Shown here: one piece after another, positions 22,640 to 35,419 of the stretch | How positions within the stretch are numbered: the stretch's first letter is position 1 | How the letters are laid out: every line of letters begins with the position of its first letter | Source of the DNA: Hemiscyllium ocellatum | Lineage: Eukaryota | Length of the DNA: 64,000 nt | Direction: 5' to 3' | NCBI RefSeq assembly: GCF_020745735.1 | Contig: NC_083416.1 | Location: 79,943,131-80,007,130, forward strand | Program-made: the position numbers and the translations under genes | The notes under the pieces: model-generated | Database searches by the model: none | What the model was told of the DNA's origin: nothing | The model's input: only the letters and a program-made list of their open reading frames with translations

Positions 22640-25286
22640 CCGATGTTGACACTTCACTTTTGGGTATGTTTGCTGCTATTCATGGTATGTCCTACATTTT
22701 GCATTGAAACTGGATTGATCCCCAAACTTAAAGGTTGGCTGGGCAGTATGCATTTTGAACCGAGAGCTATGATAGCAGTAAAAGGTTTACACGTTAATTT
22801 TCCAATATATCCAACATTGACCTTTAAAAGCGAAGAACTTCAACCATTGTCCGCGATCCAGAATCTCATAAATTACGTTCATATTAATTAGGGCAATGGT
22901 TCCAAAATTGTAAGCGTCGCCAAAACTATACAGTTCAATCTGTTGTCAGTTTTGCTTCAACATATGGTTTCATCGACAGCTTCCCGTATCAAAGCATTGT
23001 GTAACATGGGAGAGTAGCTCACAATTCTGCTTCAAATATTCACTAGAATTTTGAATGATAATATAATCTATCAAACTAGGATTTAACGTCGCTTATTACC
23101 AGGTTTTTAGACTCAGTAGTGTTTTAGTGATACCAGAGGGTCTTCAGCCATACAATGAGTATGCAGAAGCTAAGATTGTTCCTCTTAGACATTACCGAAC
23201 AGATATCTATCAGTCAGAGAAAAAAGTTCCTTGTTAAATCTTTTATGTGTACCAAATATGTCTATATCTCGCCCCGTTCGAATTTAGCTGGTGTAGCTCC
23301 TACAAAACGCAATGCAACTCTTTGTTAAGGTTTCCTTCCCAAAATCTTCCAAACATGTGACCTCAACGAGTTAGAAATTTAAAGACAGCAAATAAATGAT
23401 TAAACCACCATCTGCAATTTATTCACTAAAGCCACACATAATCCTGATTTGGAATTTCAGTGCTATTCCTTCACAGTTCCTATGTTAATGTCCCGGAAGT
23501 CCATTGCTAAAAGCATTGCGGGTCTGCTAAAAGTGATGGACTGCCATTTTTAAAAAATGCAATTTTGTGCCAGCTTCTCAAGAGTACGAAAAGTGAGCAA
23601 AGTGTTGGCCTTGCCTGAGATGCCAACATCCCATAAAAGAGTGCAAAGTCAATGTTTTTATCTCGCCCACTGCCTCCCCACCCCCCGCCCCCCTTCTGGA
23701 GAAGTCTATTTCAATACATTCCTGGCAATGTCCCAAATCTCATTTTCGATATGCTTAGAGCCATGCAAATCTCAAACGAATATCAAGATTTGTTCACTCA
23801 TCAGACCTGTGTTTGTTGATATAAATAGCACTCAGTGGACCAGTACGTCGATTTAAAAAATTTCTATGCTTCTTCAAATGCTACAAAAGCCTTGTGTCCC
23901 TCTATGTCTGTAAACACTTCGAGGACCATAGCCTTTCGAAGTGTCTGCACTGCTCCAATTCCGGTGATTTATTCATTCTTGATTTTAATTGCTCCATCAG
24001 TGGGAGACTTCCTGCACCTGCCTTGGACCTTGCTTGCTTAATAATTCAGAATCACTTTGGATAAATCTTAAAACTTGTCTTTTTTGCAAGCTTTTGGCAA
24101 TTTGGTACATTAAATACTGGCGTGATTAATTGCTGGTTTGTTTTTATACTTGCTTTTGATAATTGTTCCTGTGAGGTGCATGCCATGATTGGCTACCGTA
24201 ACTTGGAAAAAGTAAATGCAAATTGCTGGTTTTATAAAATTACATGTTAAATTTTGATATTGTGCTGCTCACCTGTGCTTATTAAACTGAAGAATGCTCC
24301 ATAGTCAGTTCCATCAGCACGCCAGTAAGTTATGCAGAATGAAAAAGAATGCGTTGGATTCACTCAAAAGAAATGGCAGTATTTGAAATGAGCGTAAGAA
24401 AGTTGATGTTTCGAATTGTGTTTCTGAACACAACAGGTTCCCATCCAAGTTCATGGCACGAAACGTTAACCCGATGGATATCCCCGACCCCTTCCCCACA
24501 ACTGTTGTTAGGGCTGTTGTGTTTTTACATCTTGTTCTGTTTTATTTCATATCAGGAGCTCCAGATCTAGAATTTTAATTTTGACTCAGTTATATGGCAT
24601 GGTCTATTGGCTAGGAGTATTTAGAGAGCAGAGTTGCAGATAAAATTTTTCACTTGGTGTCTACCCTCAGGTTAATTTTTATGCAAGTATGTTAATTCTT
24701 TAGATATATTGACAAATGCATTCCTAGTTTCCTGACGTAACCCAACAGCAAAATAATTATTCAGCCCGTCAACATGATCGTTCGGGTGATCTGCAAATAA
24801 TATCAGTGACCAACAAGTGAAACTGAATCACAATATGCTGTATGTTACTGGGAATAGTGTCACGGTTACAGTAGGCATTTGAGTCCTGGGCGATCAGGAA
24901 GTATTTGGAACAAAACAGCAAATGTTGGAGAAATGAAGCAGGTCTGGCAGCCTCTGTGCAGGGAAAACACTCAACACACTTTTTCTGAACTCGAAGCATT
25001 TCTCTCCACAAATGTTACCAGCTCTGCTGAATATTTAAGGATTTTTTTTTGTTTCAGATTTCCAGCATCCACAGTTCTTTGTTTTGCTTTGCGTATTAAT
25101 TGGATATAGGATTCTAAGGAGAGTCAGCCTTTCTGCTGCTAAAGAACATTATTCCGATTTTACAAAGAATACTTAAAAAAGGGCCATTGCTTGTGTTTGT
25201 AAAAGATTTTTGAATTGCACATGCATCATCCTTTCATTTCGAGCAGTTGCAATAAATCCTGAAACAACATACTGTTCAGGACAAAT

Positions 25287-25333
25287 GCTGCAGTTATTGT
25301 TTGAGGCTGTTCGTGTCGCTGTCTACCAATAAG
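25287..25333 (+). promoter_or_regulatory. Orphan CSE/CTCF site upstream of Pcdh relic A
   Basis: TGCAGTTATTG 25289, CGTGTCGCTGTCTACCAAT with CGCT 25317; same 28-nt offset. Confidence 0.82.
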
Positions 25334-25587
25334 AAACTGAAACGCTGCCCTGCATCTGCAGTGCTTCTTTCTCCAGCTAAAGGATCACGGCGAAGAAGCG
25401 ACAAGACCAACAGTGCCTGCCTATGTGTCGTGCAACCATGAACTGCCAATCTCCTCGCGTCTGTGTTTCGTTTACTTCCTCTCTTCCTTTTAAAGTTTTG
25501 ACATGCATCCGTATCATTGTCCTGTAAGAGACAAGATAAAATAATCGACTTGCCGATCTATTTTACAGCAACATTCACCTGAGAACA

Positions 25588-25797
25588 ATGGCAATAATGA
25601 CGGGCTTGTGCCGGACCTCTTTACGAGGTCTTTGATCGGTTCCCGAGCAGCAGGAACACACGCCCTTTGTTGAAAATATCGCTGAGTATTTGAGACCACG
25701 TATGTCGGAATTATCCACGTGGACATCTCGGCTGGTCTTTGATGAAATAAATTAGTACGTTGAGATTAATTTTGGAAATCTGAGTTATGTTTGCTAA
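25588..25797 (+). pseudogene. Protocadherin 5' relic A (start + first part of EC1)
   Basis: From 25636 it reads SVPEQQEHTPFVENIAEYLRPRMSELSTWTSRLVFDEIN*YVEINFGN, aligning to gene 2 SIPEELEYGAFVGNIAEDLSLNVRELSARKFRIVSDSRKQYMEVNLKN; ATG context gagaacaATGGC resembles gene 2 gagcaATGGC; internal stops. Confidence 0.85.
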
Positions 25798-25809
25798 TTA
25801 ACCGCTGAG

Positions 25810-26096
25810 AGTCGTAATGGGGAGACATTTGTGTGGAGGCAACCCAATGCTTTTGGGACGTGGGTTCGAATCCCACAGCGGGAGGTAAGTTTGAATTTAA
25901 AGTTAACGTGACGGCGAGAGTTGGCCTGATGGTAGGTTGATATACAAACCCATTCCTTACAGGGGAGGCAAACTACTGATCATAGCTGCTGCATGTGACT
26001 CCAGATGTACAGCAATATGGTTAGCAATTTATATGGATGGGCCATAAATGCTGACCAAGCTGATGAAGTCCCCGTCCAGCAGAGCAATAAAAAAAC
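25810..26096 (+). mobile_element. tRNA-derived SINE abutting relic A
   Basis: B-box GGTTCGAATCC 25863-25873, A-rich end at ~26090; boundaries approximate. Confidence 0.7.
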
Positions 26097-26149
26097 GGAT
26101 TCAGCCTACAGTCCTAAAGTTGCTGCAGTATGAAAGAGTGACAGAGGTG

Positions 26150-26278
26150 ATTCATGAAGAAGGGCTCATGTCCGTAACGTCGATTCTCCTGTTCCTTGGA
26201 TGCTGCCTGACCTGCTGCGCTTTTCCAGCAACACATTCTCAGCTCTGATCTCCAGCATCTGCAGTCCTCACTTTCTCC
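26150..26278 (+). mobile_element. Short Penelope-derived insertion unique to unit A
   Basis: Absent at 41165-41180 and 56528-56545; flanked by imperfect direct repeats aagagtgacag / aagagagaaag. Confidence 0.7.
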
Positions 26279-28835
26279 AAGAGAGAAAGAATGCCTGTTT
26301 CAGGCATCAGACATTCAAATTGTCATATATCTCGCCCATAGCCTTGCATGTTATGACGTCCACGTGTTCATTTAAATAGTTGTCTTTTGAGGTTTCCTGT
26401 TTCCACCACCGTTTAAGACAGTGAAGTCAAGATGTCCATAACCCCCTCGTTGAAGAAAAATCCTTAAATCAGTTCTAAATATCCTGATCCTTATGTTAAT
26501 ATTAACCCCTTTAAATTGGGGGAGAGTTTCTCTTTACCTTGGCTTTTATTGTCCCTCGGAACTTTGTATCCCTCAATCTCAATGTCTCCCATCCTTCTCT
26601 GCGGTAAGGGAATCAATCACAGTTTATCTCGGTTTTTTTTGCGTAGCTGAATCTCTTCAGTCAAGCCAACATTCTGGCGAATTTTTTTTTTCACTCCACC
26701 TTGAATAATCACATCCTTCGTCTGTTGTGGCGACCAGAATTGCACACAGTGCTCCTGCTGTGACCAAACCTAGGTTGCAGCCAGCTCAAATATCGTTACC
26801 TTGCTCTTGCATTCAGGCAGAGTAACCAGAGGACAGAGTTATGCACTGTTGCATACGTTCTCTTTGTTTGCTAATGCAAGTGGGTAATTATTTGAAAAAA
26901 GAACTCCTTGCTGCAGTGAGAATATTATATGTAGACGATTTCCAAATAACGACTTCAGTTGCAGTCGAGTCATTCAATTAAGCTATTGAAAAGCGAAAGA
27001 CCAGCTGCCAGTCCTAACATAATCAATGCTTCCTAGGTCTTTCCTAAGAGATGGCTTGGAGTCCCATTGCGACTGTGGTAGTATTAAAATTCAATAAAAA
27101 TCTGATCTCAACAACTAGTCGAATGGGGATGTAATTAATTCTGCGATATTATTACTTCGATGGCAAGAAGTTGCAAAGTGTCGATGTATAAAGAGATCTG
27201 GGTATCCTCATCAATGTGTCACTGAAATCTAACATACAGGTGCAGCCAGCTGCTAGGAAGGTTAAACGAATATTAATCTTCAATTCAAGAGGATTTGTGC
27301 TTGTAGATAATCGAGTACTGGTTCAATTTTGAAGAAGATAGCTTCCATGGCAGAGGCAGTATTTTACACAGTACCTGAAGAACGTTATCATTGACACAGA
27401 GGGAGCCCGGAACAGGACTTGATTCTCTGATGGCGTGACTGTCCTATGAAGAACATTGGGCAAATTGAAGATGTATTCTCTAGGGTTTAGAAGAAGTGAT
27501 CTCTTGAAACCTGCAGCATAATTAAAGGGAAGGACAAAATAGATTTGGGTTTTGTTTAGATTTTGTTGTCACGTGCACACAAATACAAATATAACCGAGC
27601 ATACTGAAAAGTTTTCAATGTTGCTACACACAATGGTTTATCTTAGGTACAAGTATCTCGATACAAAAAAGTTAAATACAATTGTAGAAAGATATAAGGA
27701 ACAAAGTTAAAAGTTAAATATTAAAATCACTGCATCACAGATGCAGGAGAGATGATTCCATTGGATGGGGATCCTAGTCCCATCAGGGACAATTAAAAAT
27801 AAGGAATACCAACGTTGGAATAAGGTGAGGAGATTTTTTGATTAAATCGTTGTAAACCCTTGGAATTCCGAACACAGAGTGCTGAAGAAGCTCAATCTTC
27901 AAGTATGGTTTAACTATGTTGAAAACATATGTTGACACTTCTCTCGCTACCAACGGGGTAGAGATTAGTGGGGATAGATAATGAAAGACATTAAAGTATT
28001 AGATTAGTAATGATCGCGCTAAATAATGTGAAAGGCTGAATGACCTACTCCTGCTTCCATGTTTCTCAGTCTGATCACTGAAAATACAACATTGCGCGTG
28101 CTGTGCGTTCCATGGACTGCGTTCTCTTTTGGGAAATCTTCTACTGTAATCTGCTACCAGTGGCGTCATCTTTGCTGTCCACGTTTGTCCACCATCGATG
28201 CCGATCGTTGCGATTTTACATCATATGTCGATCTACGTCTCTTCCTTCGAAATCTTACACAAAGCCTAACATTTAAACCATTTAGAATTTGTCACTCACT
28301 TTAACAGATTCGTTTTCGTTTTAAAAGCTATTACTGCCCCTTGTGCGTTTTTATGATGACGGCTCGAGATTCTCGCATTCTTACTCTTTTTCTATGTTTC
28401 CGTTCATTCTTCACCTTATGAATATAAACTGCACCCACGCCGCACTTCAACATCTGAGGCATCATGAGCATGATTCATGACTTGCGTTTACTTATGAGAT
28501 ATTAAAACACGATTTTCCTTAATCAAGTAAATTATTTTTAAAAGCAGATTGCGGTATAGAACATTCGAGTTCAGTGATGCTTCAATCTTGGAGCTATTCA
28601 GTTTGGTGTCGGTCTAGTTATCGGGCCATTTTCGCAGTGTTTAATAATTGTATATTCCGATTTGAGATGCTTCAAAAAGTCACTCACTAAAAGCCTACAA
28701 ACACCAAGGATTTGGGTCAATGTGATGATGGTCAGTTTGTTATGTTTATCAAAGAATATGAAAGGATATTCTGGATATTTTTAATTGTACACCCATAATC
28801 TGACAAGATCGCTGGAAGGTCTAGCTTTAAGAATA

Positions 28836-28882
28836 GTTGCAGTTATTGGGCGAAACTCCTCGTGTCGCTGTCGACCAATAAG
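28836..28882 (+). promoter_or_regulatory. CSE/CTCF site plus CCAAT, gene 3 promoter
   Basis: TGCAG 28838, CGCT 28866, CCAAT 28875. Confidence 0.88.
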
Positions 28883-29076
28883 AATTTGAGACGTTGGAAG
28901 AGATCGACCGCCTCCTCCTTGACAAACAGAACCATACGGGCAGTCGGTGTCTGCGTTTCTCGTGTACGGACACGGTCAGAAAAGCTCTCCAGGTGATATC
29001 CTTAACGTTGCTCTGTTCAAAAATAGGATATTGACATACAGCTAGTTATTTTTTCTGTTAGAATTGACGCATCAGT

Positions 29077-31476
29077 ATGACAATGGCGACTGTTGTGATG
29101 AGCCGAGTGTCCATTTTTTTGCTCTGCATTTCTGCCCTGGTTTCCGAACAACTTCGCTACTCGATTCCCGAGGAAATGGAACATGGAACCTTTGCTGGCA
29201 ACGTCGCTGACGATCTAGGATTAAGGGTTTGGGAGTTACCGACTCGCAAATTACTGCTGATTTCTGATTACTCGAAGAAATACATGGAGGTAAATGTAGA
29301 AAATGGTTTCCTTTTTGTTAATGAAAGAATCGACAGAGAACAGCTTTGTAGCAAAACCGCTGCATGTTCTCTTTCTTTCCAAATCACGCTCTATGATCCT
29401 TTGGAAATGTATCCCGTTGAAGTGGAAATACTAGACGTAAATGATAATTCACCCGTCTTTTCGAGGAAGGAATTCGATTTGCAAATTAATGAGTTAATTG
29501 CGCCGGGCGCTCGCTTCCCTCTCGAGAGCGCACGTGATCTGGACGTGGGTAAAAACACAATCAACACCTACCAGATCAATCCGAACGAGCACTTCGGTAT
29601 TAAAGTGCAGACAAGAAGAGGGGGGAATAAAAATGTCGAGCTGATATTAAAGAGGCATTTGGACCGTGAACAACAGTCAATGTTTACTCTAGTGTTGACG
29701 GCTATCGATGGTGGGATTCCGCAGAGATCTGGCACAGCGCGGATCATCATTAATGTCATGGACGCAAATGACAACACACCCGTATTCGATCATGAAACCT
29801 ACAGGGCGTCAGCGATTGAAAACATTGCGAATGGCACTTTAGTGCTAAGAGTTCATGCTACTGATATTGATGAAGGGACAAACGCGGAGATAACATATTC
29901 TTTCACTCATTACGTTTCCCAGAATATTCGTGATTTGTTCAAATTGGATCCTGTGTCTGGAGAAATCAGAGTTCGAGGTGTACTAGATTTTGAAGAAACA
30001 AATGTTTATGAATTTGACGTTCAAGCAATGAACTCCGCTCCACCTGAATTCTCAACTCTTGCAAATGTTGTCATTGATGTAATTGACACTAATGATAATA
30101 CTCCTGTGTTGCAAGTTACGATGGTGTCCAGTGCTGTGCGGGAAGATTCTTCTTCGGGAATTAGTGTAGCTCTGATCGGCGTCACGGATCGCGATTCTGG
30201 CGAATATGGGGAAGTTCATTGTCAAATCCCAGAGAATATTCCCTTCAAGATTGAAAAATCTTTGAAGGGCAACTACAAGTTGATTACCAATGGCTTTCTG
30301 GATCATGAGATTACCCCACTGTACAACATCTCCATTTCAGCCTGGGACGGTGGATTTCCTCCTCTTTCAGCGAGTACATTAATTGTGGTTTCAGTAATTG
30401 ATGTCAATGATAATTCACCAAGTTTTACGCAGTCGTCATATAACGTTTATCTGATGGAGAATAACGCACCCGGTGCTTCTATATTTGCTGTTAGTGCAAA
30501 TGATGCTGATTTGAATCAGAATGCAGAAGTCTCTTATTCCATTGTCGACAATCGACAGAAAGAAGAAATACCTTCCTCTGCGTACTTTACGATGAACTCC
30601 AAAAATGGGAACATTTACGCGCTTCGCTCCTTCGACTACGAGCAACAGAAACATTTCCAGGTGAAAGTTCAAGCTCAGGATAGTGGGTCGCCTCCATTGA
30701 CCAGCACTGCCTTTGTGAATGTTATTATTTTGGATCAAAATGACAATGCACCCATTATTGTTTCACCTTTAACATGGAACAGCTCAGCAATAGTGGAGGT
30801 AATACCCCTTTCAACATATCCAGGATATCTGGTCACCAAGGTAATTGCCACGGATGAAGACTCTGGTCAGAACGCAAGGCTTTCCTACGAGTTATTGGAA
30901 ACCACTGATCCAAGTCTTTTTACTGTTGGACATCTCTCTGGAGAAATTAGAGCAACGCGAGCATTTAGTGATCAAGATATCATTGACGTGCGCGTGGTCC
31001 TCAGCGTGAAGGACAATGGACAGCCGAGCCTTTCCAGCAGGGCCACAATATCCTTTATCGTAAAGTCCAATGTTACTGAGAAATCATTTGAACAACGTGA
31101 TGGACCCAGACACTCGGAATATTTTTCAGGTATAAATAGTTATCTAATCATAATTTTCGGATCCACTTCCTTTTTGTTTCTCATAATAATATTATTTTTG
31201 CTCACCCTGAAGTGCAGACAAGATAGAAATACTGCTGAAATTTATAGCTCTGCAGTCTGTTGTTGTAATGGGGGAAATTCGACTGATGCCTTTAATCGGA
31301 CACCAACAGGAAGGGATCCTTTGAATTATAGCGGGGCAGTTCAGACCGGAAGTTATCATTACAGTGTGTGCTTGTCACCGGAATCATCGAAGAGTGACTT
31401 TCTGTTTTTAAAACCTTGTCATCCTACGTTGCCTTTCAACGATCGGAGTGTTCGTGACAGCAACGCAAGAAACTAA
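29077..31476 (+). CDS. Clustered protocadherin variable exon (gene 3)
   Basis: 799-aa ORF, 6 EC + TM + tail; close paralog of genes 4/5; the start may be the second ATG (29083). Confidence 0.97.
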   Translation: MTMATVVMSRVSIFLLCISALVSEQLRYSIPEEMEHGTFAGNVADDLGLRVWELPTRKLLLISDYSKKYMEVNVENGFLFVNERIDREQLCSKTAACSLSFQITLYDPLEMYPVEVEILDVNDNSPVFSRKEFDLQINELIAPGARFPLESARDLDVGKNTINTYQINPNEHFGIKVQTRRGGNKNVELILKRHLDREQQSMFTLVLTAIDGGIPQRSGTARIIINVMDANDNTPVFDHETYRASAIENIANGTLVLRVHATDIDEGTNAEITYSFTHYVSQNIRDLFKLDPVSGEIRVRGVLDFEETNVYEFDVQAMNSAPPEFSTLANVVIDVIDTNDNTPVLQVTMVSSAVREDSSSGISVALIGVTDRDSGEYGEVHCQIPENIPFKIEKSLKGNYKLITNGFLDHEITPLYNISISAWDGGFPPLSASTLIVVSVIDVNDNSPSFTQSSYNVYLMENNAPGASIFAVSANDADLNQNAEVSYSIVDNRQKEEIPSSAYFTMNSKNGNIYALRSFDYEQQKHFQVKVQAQDSGSPPLTSTAFVNVIILDQNDNAPIIVSPLTWNSSAIVEVIPLSTYPGYLVTKVIATDEDSGQNARLSYELLETTDPSLFTVGHLSGEIRATRAFSDQDIIDVRVVLSVKDNGQPSLSSRATISFIVKSNVTEKSFEQRDGPRHSEYFSGINSYLIIIFGSTSFLFLIIILFLLTLKCRQDRNTAEIYSSAVCCCNGGNSTDAFNRTPTGRDPLNYSGAVQTGSYHYSVCLSPESSKSDFLFLKPCHPTLPFNDRSVRDSNARN

Positions 31477-31504
31477 CTTCGACAACAATATATTCTTTTT
31501 GTGG

Positions 31505-31513
31505 CAGGTAATT
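31505..31513 (+). other. Putative 5' splice donor downstream of gene 3 stop
   Basis: CAG|GTAATT, GT at 31508, 31 nt after TAA. Confidence 0.6.
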
Positions 31514-34500
31514 CTTGATGAATAATTACGTATTATGTTTTCAAGTGTAGAGTCCGAGTCACTGGTATACAGACAGGACTTTCATATTGATATTGGAAAA
31601 CTTATTGCACACGTTTCTCATTCCTGTTGCCGTCCTGCCAGAGGTTCTATAACAGTTATCCTTGTTTCATAATCTAATTTTTTTTCTGCTTTGAAAGTAT
31701 TTCTTTACCTGAAAATTATTACAATTTTTGCTTCCCCCCCCCCCCATCCTTTTAATGTTTCTGATTTTGATAACTGCTGTTTAAAAGTTTCAGAAGGCCA
31801 ATATTCCAACGGTGTCGAAAACCATTTACTTTGAACAGCTTGTATTTCTCTTCTCTTTGAAGACCGGAGGGCACCTTCATTTCAACGAATTGCAGGGAAG
31901 AAGACATTAATTTTGGACTTGAGAGTGCTCTGTGAAACAGTGATCCGAGAACAATATGTTAAAGTGTCAACTGTGGTTAATTTCACAGGTTTCTTACCAG
32001 ATTATCCCTCCAACGTCTGTCCGTTGTGCGCAACACGCTCGATGCGCTGCATGGCTGTTTATCCGTTGATGTGTTGGCCTTTGCTCCCCCACACAGCATA
32101 TCCGGCAATAGTTCACAATTACCCACTTTCACATCTTGGAGGATTGTTTGCGCTAGCCTCTAATTTAGAAGCTTCAAATCACAATCCAAAGCTTCTAAAC
32201 ATAAAATGCAAGCTGCATGTCGCGTGTAATTGAAATAGCGTGCTATACTGTTCGTGATGCGCAGCTCTGGTTCACAATAATACTTGGTATACGTTCAAAA
32301 GGAAATCCTATTTGTGATCCCATCTATGTCAAACCATTCCGACGCCACCGTTTCAAAGATTAGTTGAGTGTCCTTGTCACTATTCATGCCGACCTCAGTA
32401 AAACAATGATTAACTTTCTCTTGCCCCGCAGTTGTTTGTGGGATGGTAGAATCATAGACCCGGATATTACAGAAGAAGCCATTCAGCCATCGAATCTATC
32501 CAGCCATAAAATATACTAAATCTACACTCGCTCCACTTTCCAGCACTCGGCCCTGAACTTTGAATGTTATGATACTTCAAGTGTTCATCCAAGTACTGTT
32601 TTAAATGTTGTGAGATTACCATTGAAAGTTAACCTCGCAAGCAATTGATGTCAAAATTCGTCATACCACCATGTTATTTTCATTTGAAAGATTCGGACCT
32701 TTCATCAGAGGAATGTATTGTGAAATCACAATTTCTTCTCTGCTTTAACTATTGTTTTATGTTATCAAGTGGTTAATGCTTTGGACGTTATTAGTATTTT
32801 CCGGCTAATGTTCACTTATTAGTAAAATAGTTTTGAAATTGATATTGAGCAGGTGAATGTTTCATGTCCGCACCACAAGAAGCAGTATTTCAGAGTTTAC
32901 AACCACAATGTCCCTTATCTGTAATGCAGACCGACCACCGTTTTAGAGATATGTTAATTGTATCCATCAATGTCTTCCTGCCGGCTTACTGATTCTTTCA
33001 GCAGGCAACTATTTTGCTCTTCTGTTAAACGAACTGAGAAAGGAAGAACTGTTACATTGCTCACAGAGAGTCTGAAAAAACATAGCGACACTTTATAATA
33101 AGACTGGGATATTTAACAAAGTACAGACTGTTTTCATCTAATAATAAAAAATAATGAATTCAGACTTTCACCTCATGATTTTGACTGTTTGGTGGCACAT
33201 AAATTTAGATAGTCAGGAACTGAAGTACACTGCACTTCAAAAGCCAAATTTGAGGGATATCGTGGAACTTTTGTTTACAAATTTCACGATACCCCACCTT
33301 AAGCTTATTAAACGAAAGACTCGATGCTACCCAATTGTCCTTACACATGTGTTGTGTTGCTTCTGTCGTTGAGGTCTCAGAGATAAAGCTGTGCATCGTG
33401 AAATTTGAATACAAAAACGGTTCCACGATTTACTTCACCACGGCGGTAGGGCCATTGATGAAGTAGCTGAAGGTCAGTATTGACGATGATAGTGACGGCC
33501 TCTTGCTGGATTTTTTTCCATTTATTTCATTTAATTTTGTTCCAGCGTTCACTGAATTTCACTTGAGGATCTCTTTTGCCTAATCGCGATTGTTTTCAAT
33601 TTCCATAGAGCTTCTTAGTTCTATATTCGGAAAATGCAGCATTGCTATCAATCATGGCAGTTTATTTATCTCACCTTTTGAATGATGATGCTCGGTCAGA
33701 TTTAAACATTAGTTGTAAAGTTTAGCAGAGGGAGTGATGCTTGCAGAATCCTCACTTTGTCCCACGCATAGATTTGCTAATGAACAACTGTTCCTTAGTC
33801 CCACGACTGATGACAGGTTCCATTACCCTGATCCTGAATTATAGGTAGACCAACAGGGTGGGAGTTGGCTGGGTTGTGCTGCTTGTTTGAACAGAGCCAA
33901 TCGAGACAATTTTTCACATAGATGCTCGCCGTGTAGACGGTCTAAGGAAATTAAGGCCAGGGTGCATATTGTTTAAACGAAATATAGATGTCTTCCACGC
34001 TAGCTGAGGGTTTTGTCTGGTGCAATATCGGTCGCGTGTCCAGTGTGCGGTTTTATTACGTAGTGTCTCAAAGAGAGAATGCAATGTGTAAAATATTGTC
34101 CTGGACAGGAGTATTGATTTCAGCAAGATAAATGAGCAAACGTTAATTACTTACTTACGCTGATCATCATGGAGAATGAAAAATAAACGAAAGAAAGAGA
34201 AATATTTTATTTAAATATCACACCTTCATTTTTCAAAGTTTTTCAAAATCTTTAGAGCAAAACACACAGTTTTGTTCAATTTGGGAGACATTTATTGCTC
34301 GTCCCTAGTTGACCTTGAGAAGGCGCTGGTGAACTACATTCTTGAACTACTGCAGTCCATGCATTGTAGGTAGGCTCACAATATCACTCAGAACAGAATT
34401 TCATGATTTTGACGCAGCGACTGTGTTTGGCGACGTATTTCCAAATCAGGAAGACGACAGCCCTTGGAGAAAAACATGCAGGCCGTGGTGTCTCCAAACT

Positions 34501-35130
34501 TCTGCTGTCCTGGCCTATATGATGGAGGTTGGCGTGGGCTTGGAAGAAGCTGTATAGGGATCTACGACGAATTTCTGATCAGTAATTGAAGTTGCAAGCA
34601 GGAAGCACTGTAGTCGATTTGTGCCTACTCAGACCCCGAAAGCACCCATAACGATAATGGACAGAGTGTTGAGTGCATGTGGTGCTGTTTGAATAATTGA
34701 CCACCACTATCTAGGATTGCATTTGGCACGATTTATTTTAGTGCGGGGGGCATGGGGGCGTAATTTAGCTGAAGATCTAAACTTTCTTGCCATTTCGCAA
34801 AAGCTTCAAGTTTTAGCTTCACCGTGCTTATAGCTCGTTCAAAGTCTGCTAATGCAACTGGTGTATTTACGCAGACAGCATATTAATTCAGGTTTTCTAA
34901 TCTGAATTAATGGTAATGTATGGACGTGAGTAATTTAAAAGGCCTACAGATTGTGAAGCTACATATTGTGCTGTTTTACATATTTACTGCTGTTGCCCCA
35001 TATTACTAAATTAGTACTGATACTTTAATTCATCGATATTAGTTAAGATAGGAAGGCAAACAGCTCAAAGAGCCACTGTACCAGGCACTCCATCCAGTTT
35101 TGACTCGTCAATTGAGTCAAGTTCAATCGG

Positions 35131-35382
35131 ATGGTAATCCAAGATGGTGGTCTGAAGAAAATTTAGGCTTTAACAGGCTGCTCCTTTTTTGAGGAATTTT
35201 ACATGTTAGAGATGATTCCCTCAAATTGCTGGAGCAGGAATTGCTGTTTCATATGCTGTTGCGTTGCTTTGGAACTTTGCGGAAAAAAAAAGACGTCAAA
35301 GCAACATCACTTTTAAAAGGCAGAAGGACAGACAAAGGCAGCACATGATGATGTCAGCGCAGGAGAGAGAGAGAGAGAGAGG

Positions 35383-35419
<37 letters not shown>

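Noticed and set aside
25850-25885. tRNA gene
   Set aside because: B-box only; no cloverleaf or good A-box, and it is embedded in a SINE body.
28140-28210. Second degenerate CSE (TGTAA..TGCTGTCCAC) or inverted cadherin fragment (IDGG)
   Set aside because: Neither pattern holds in the paralogous positions near 710, 43010 and 58345.
33700-34130. Non-repeat-looking block with minus ORFs (33914..34126, 49264..49464)
   Set aside because: The ORFs are not jointly intact in both units, there are no recognisable motifs, and the A/B similarity is explained by duplication.
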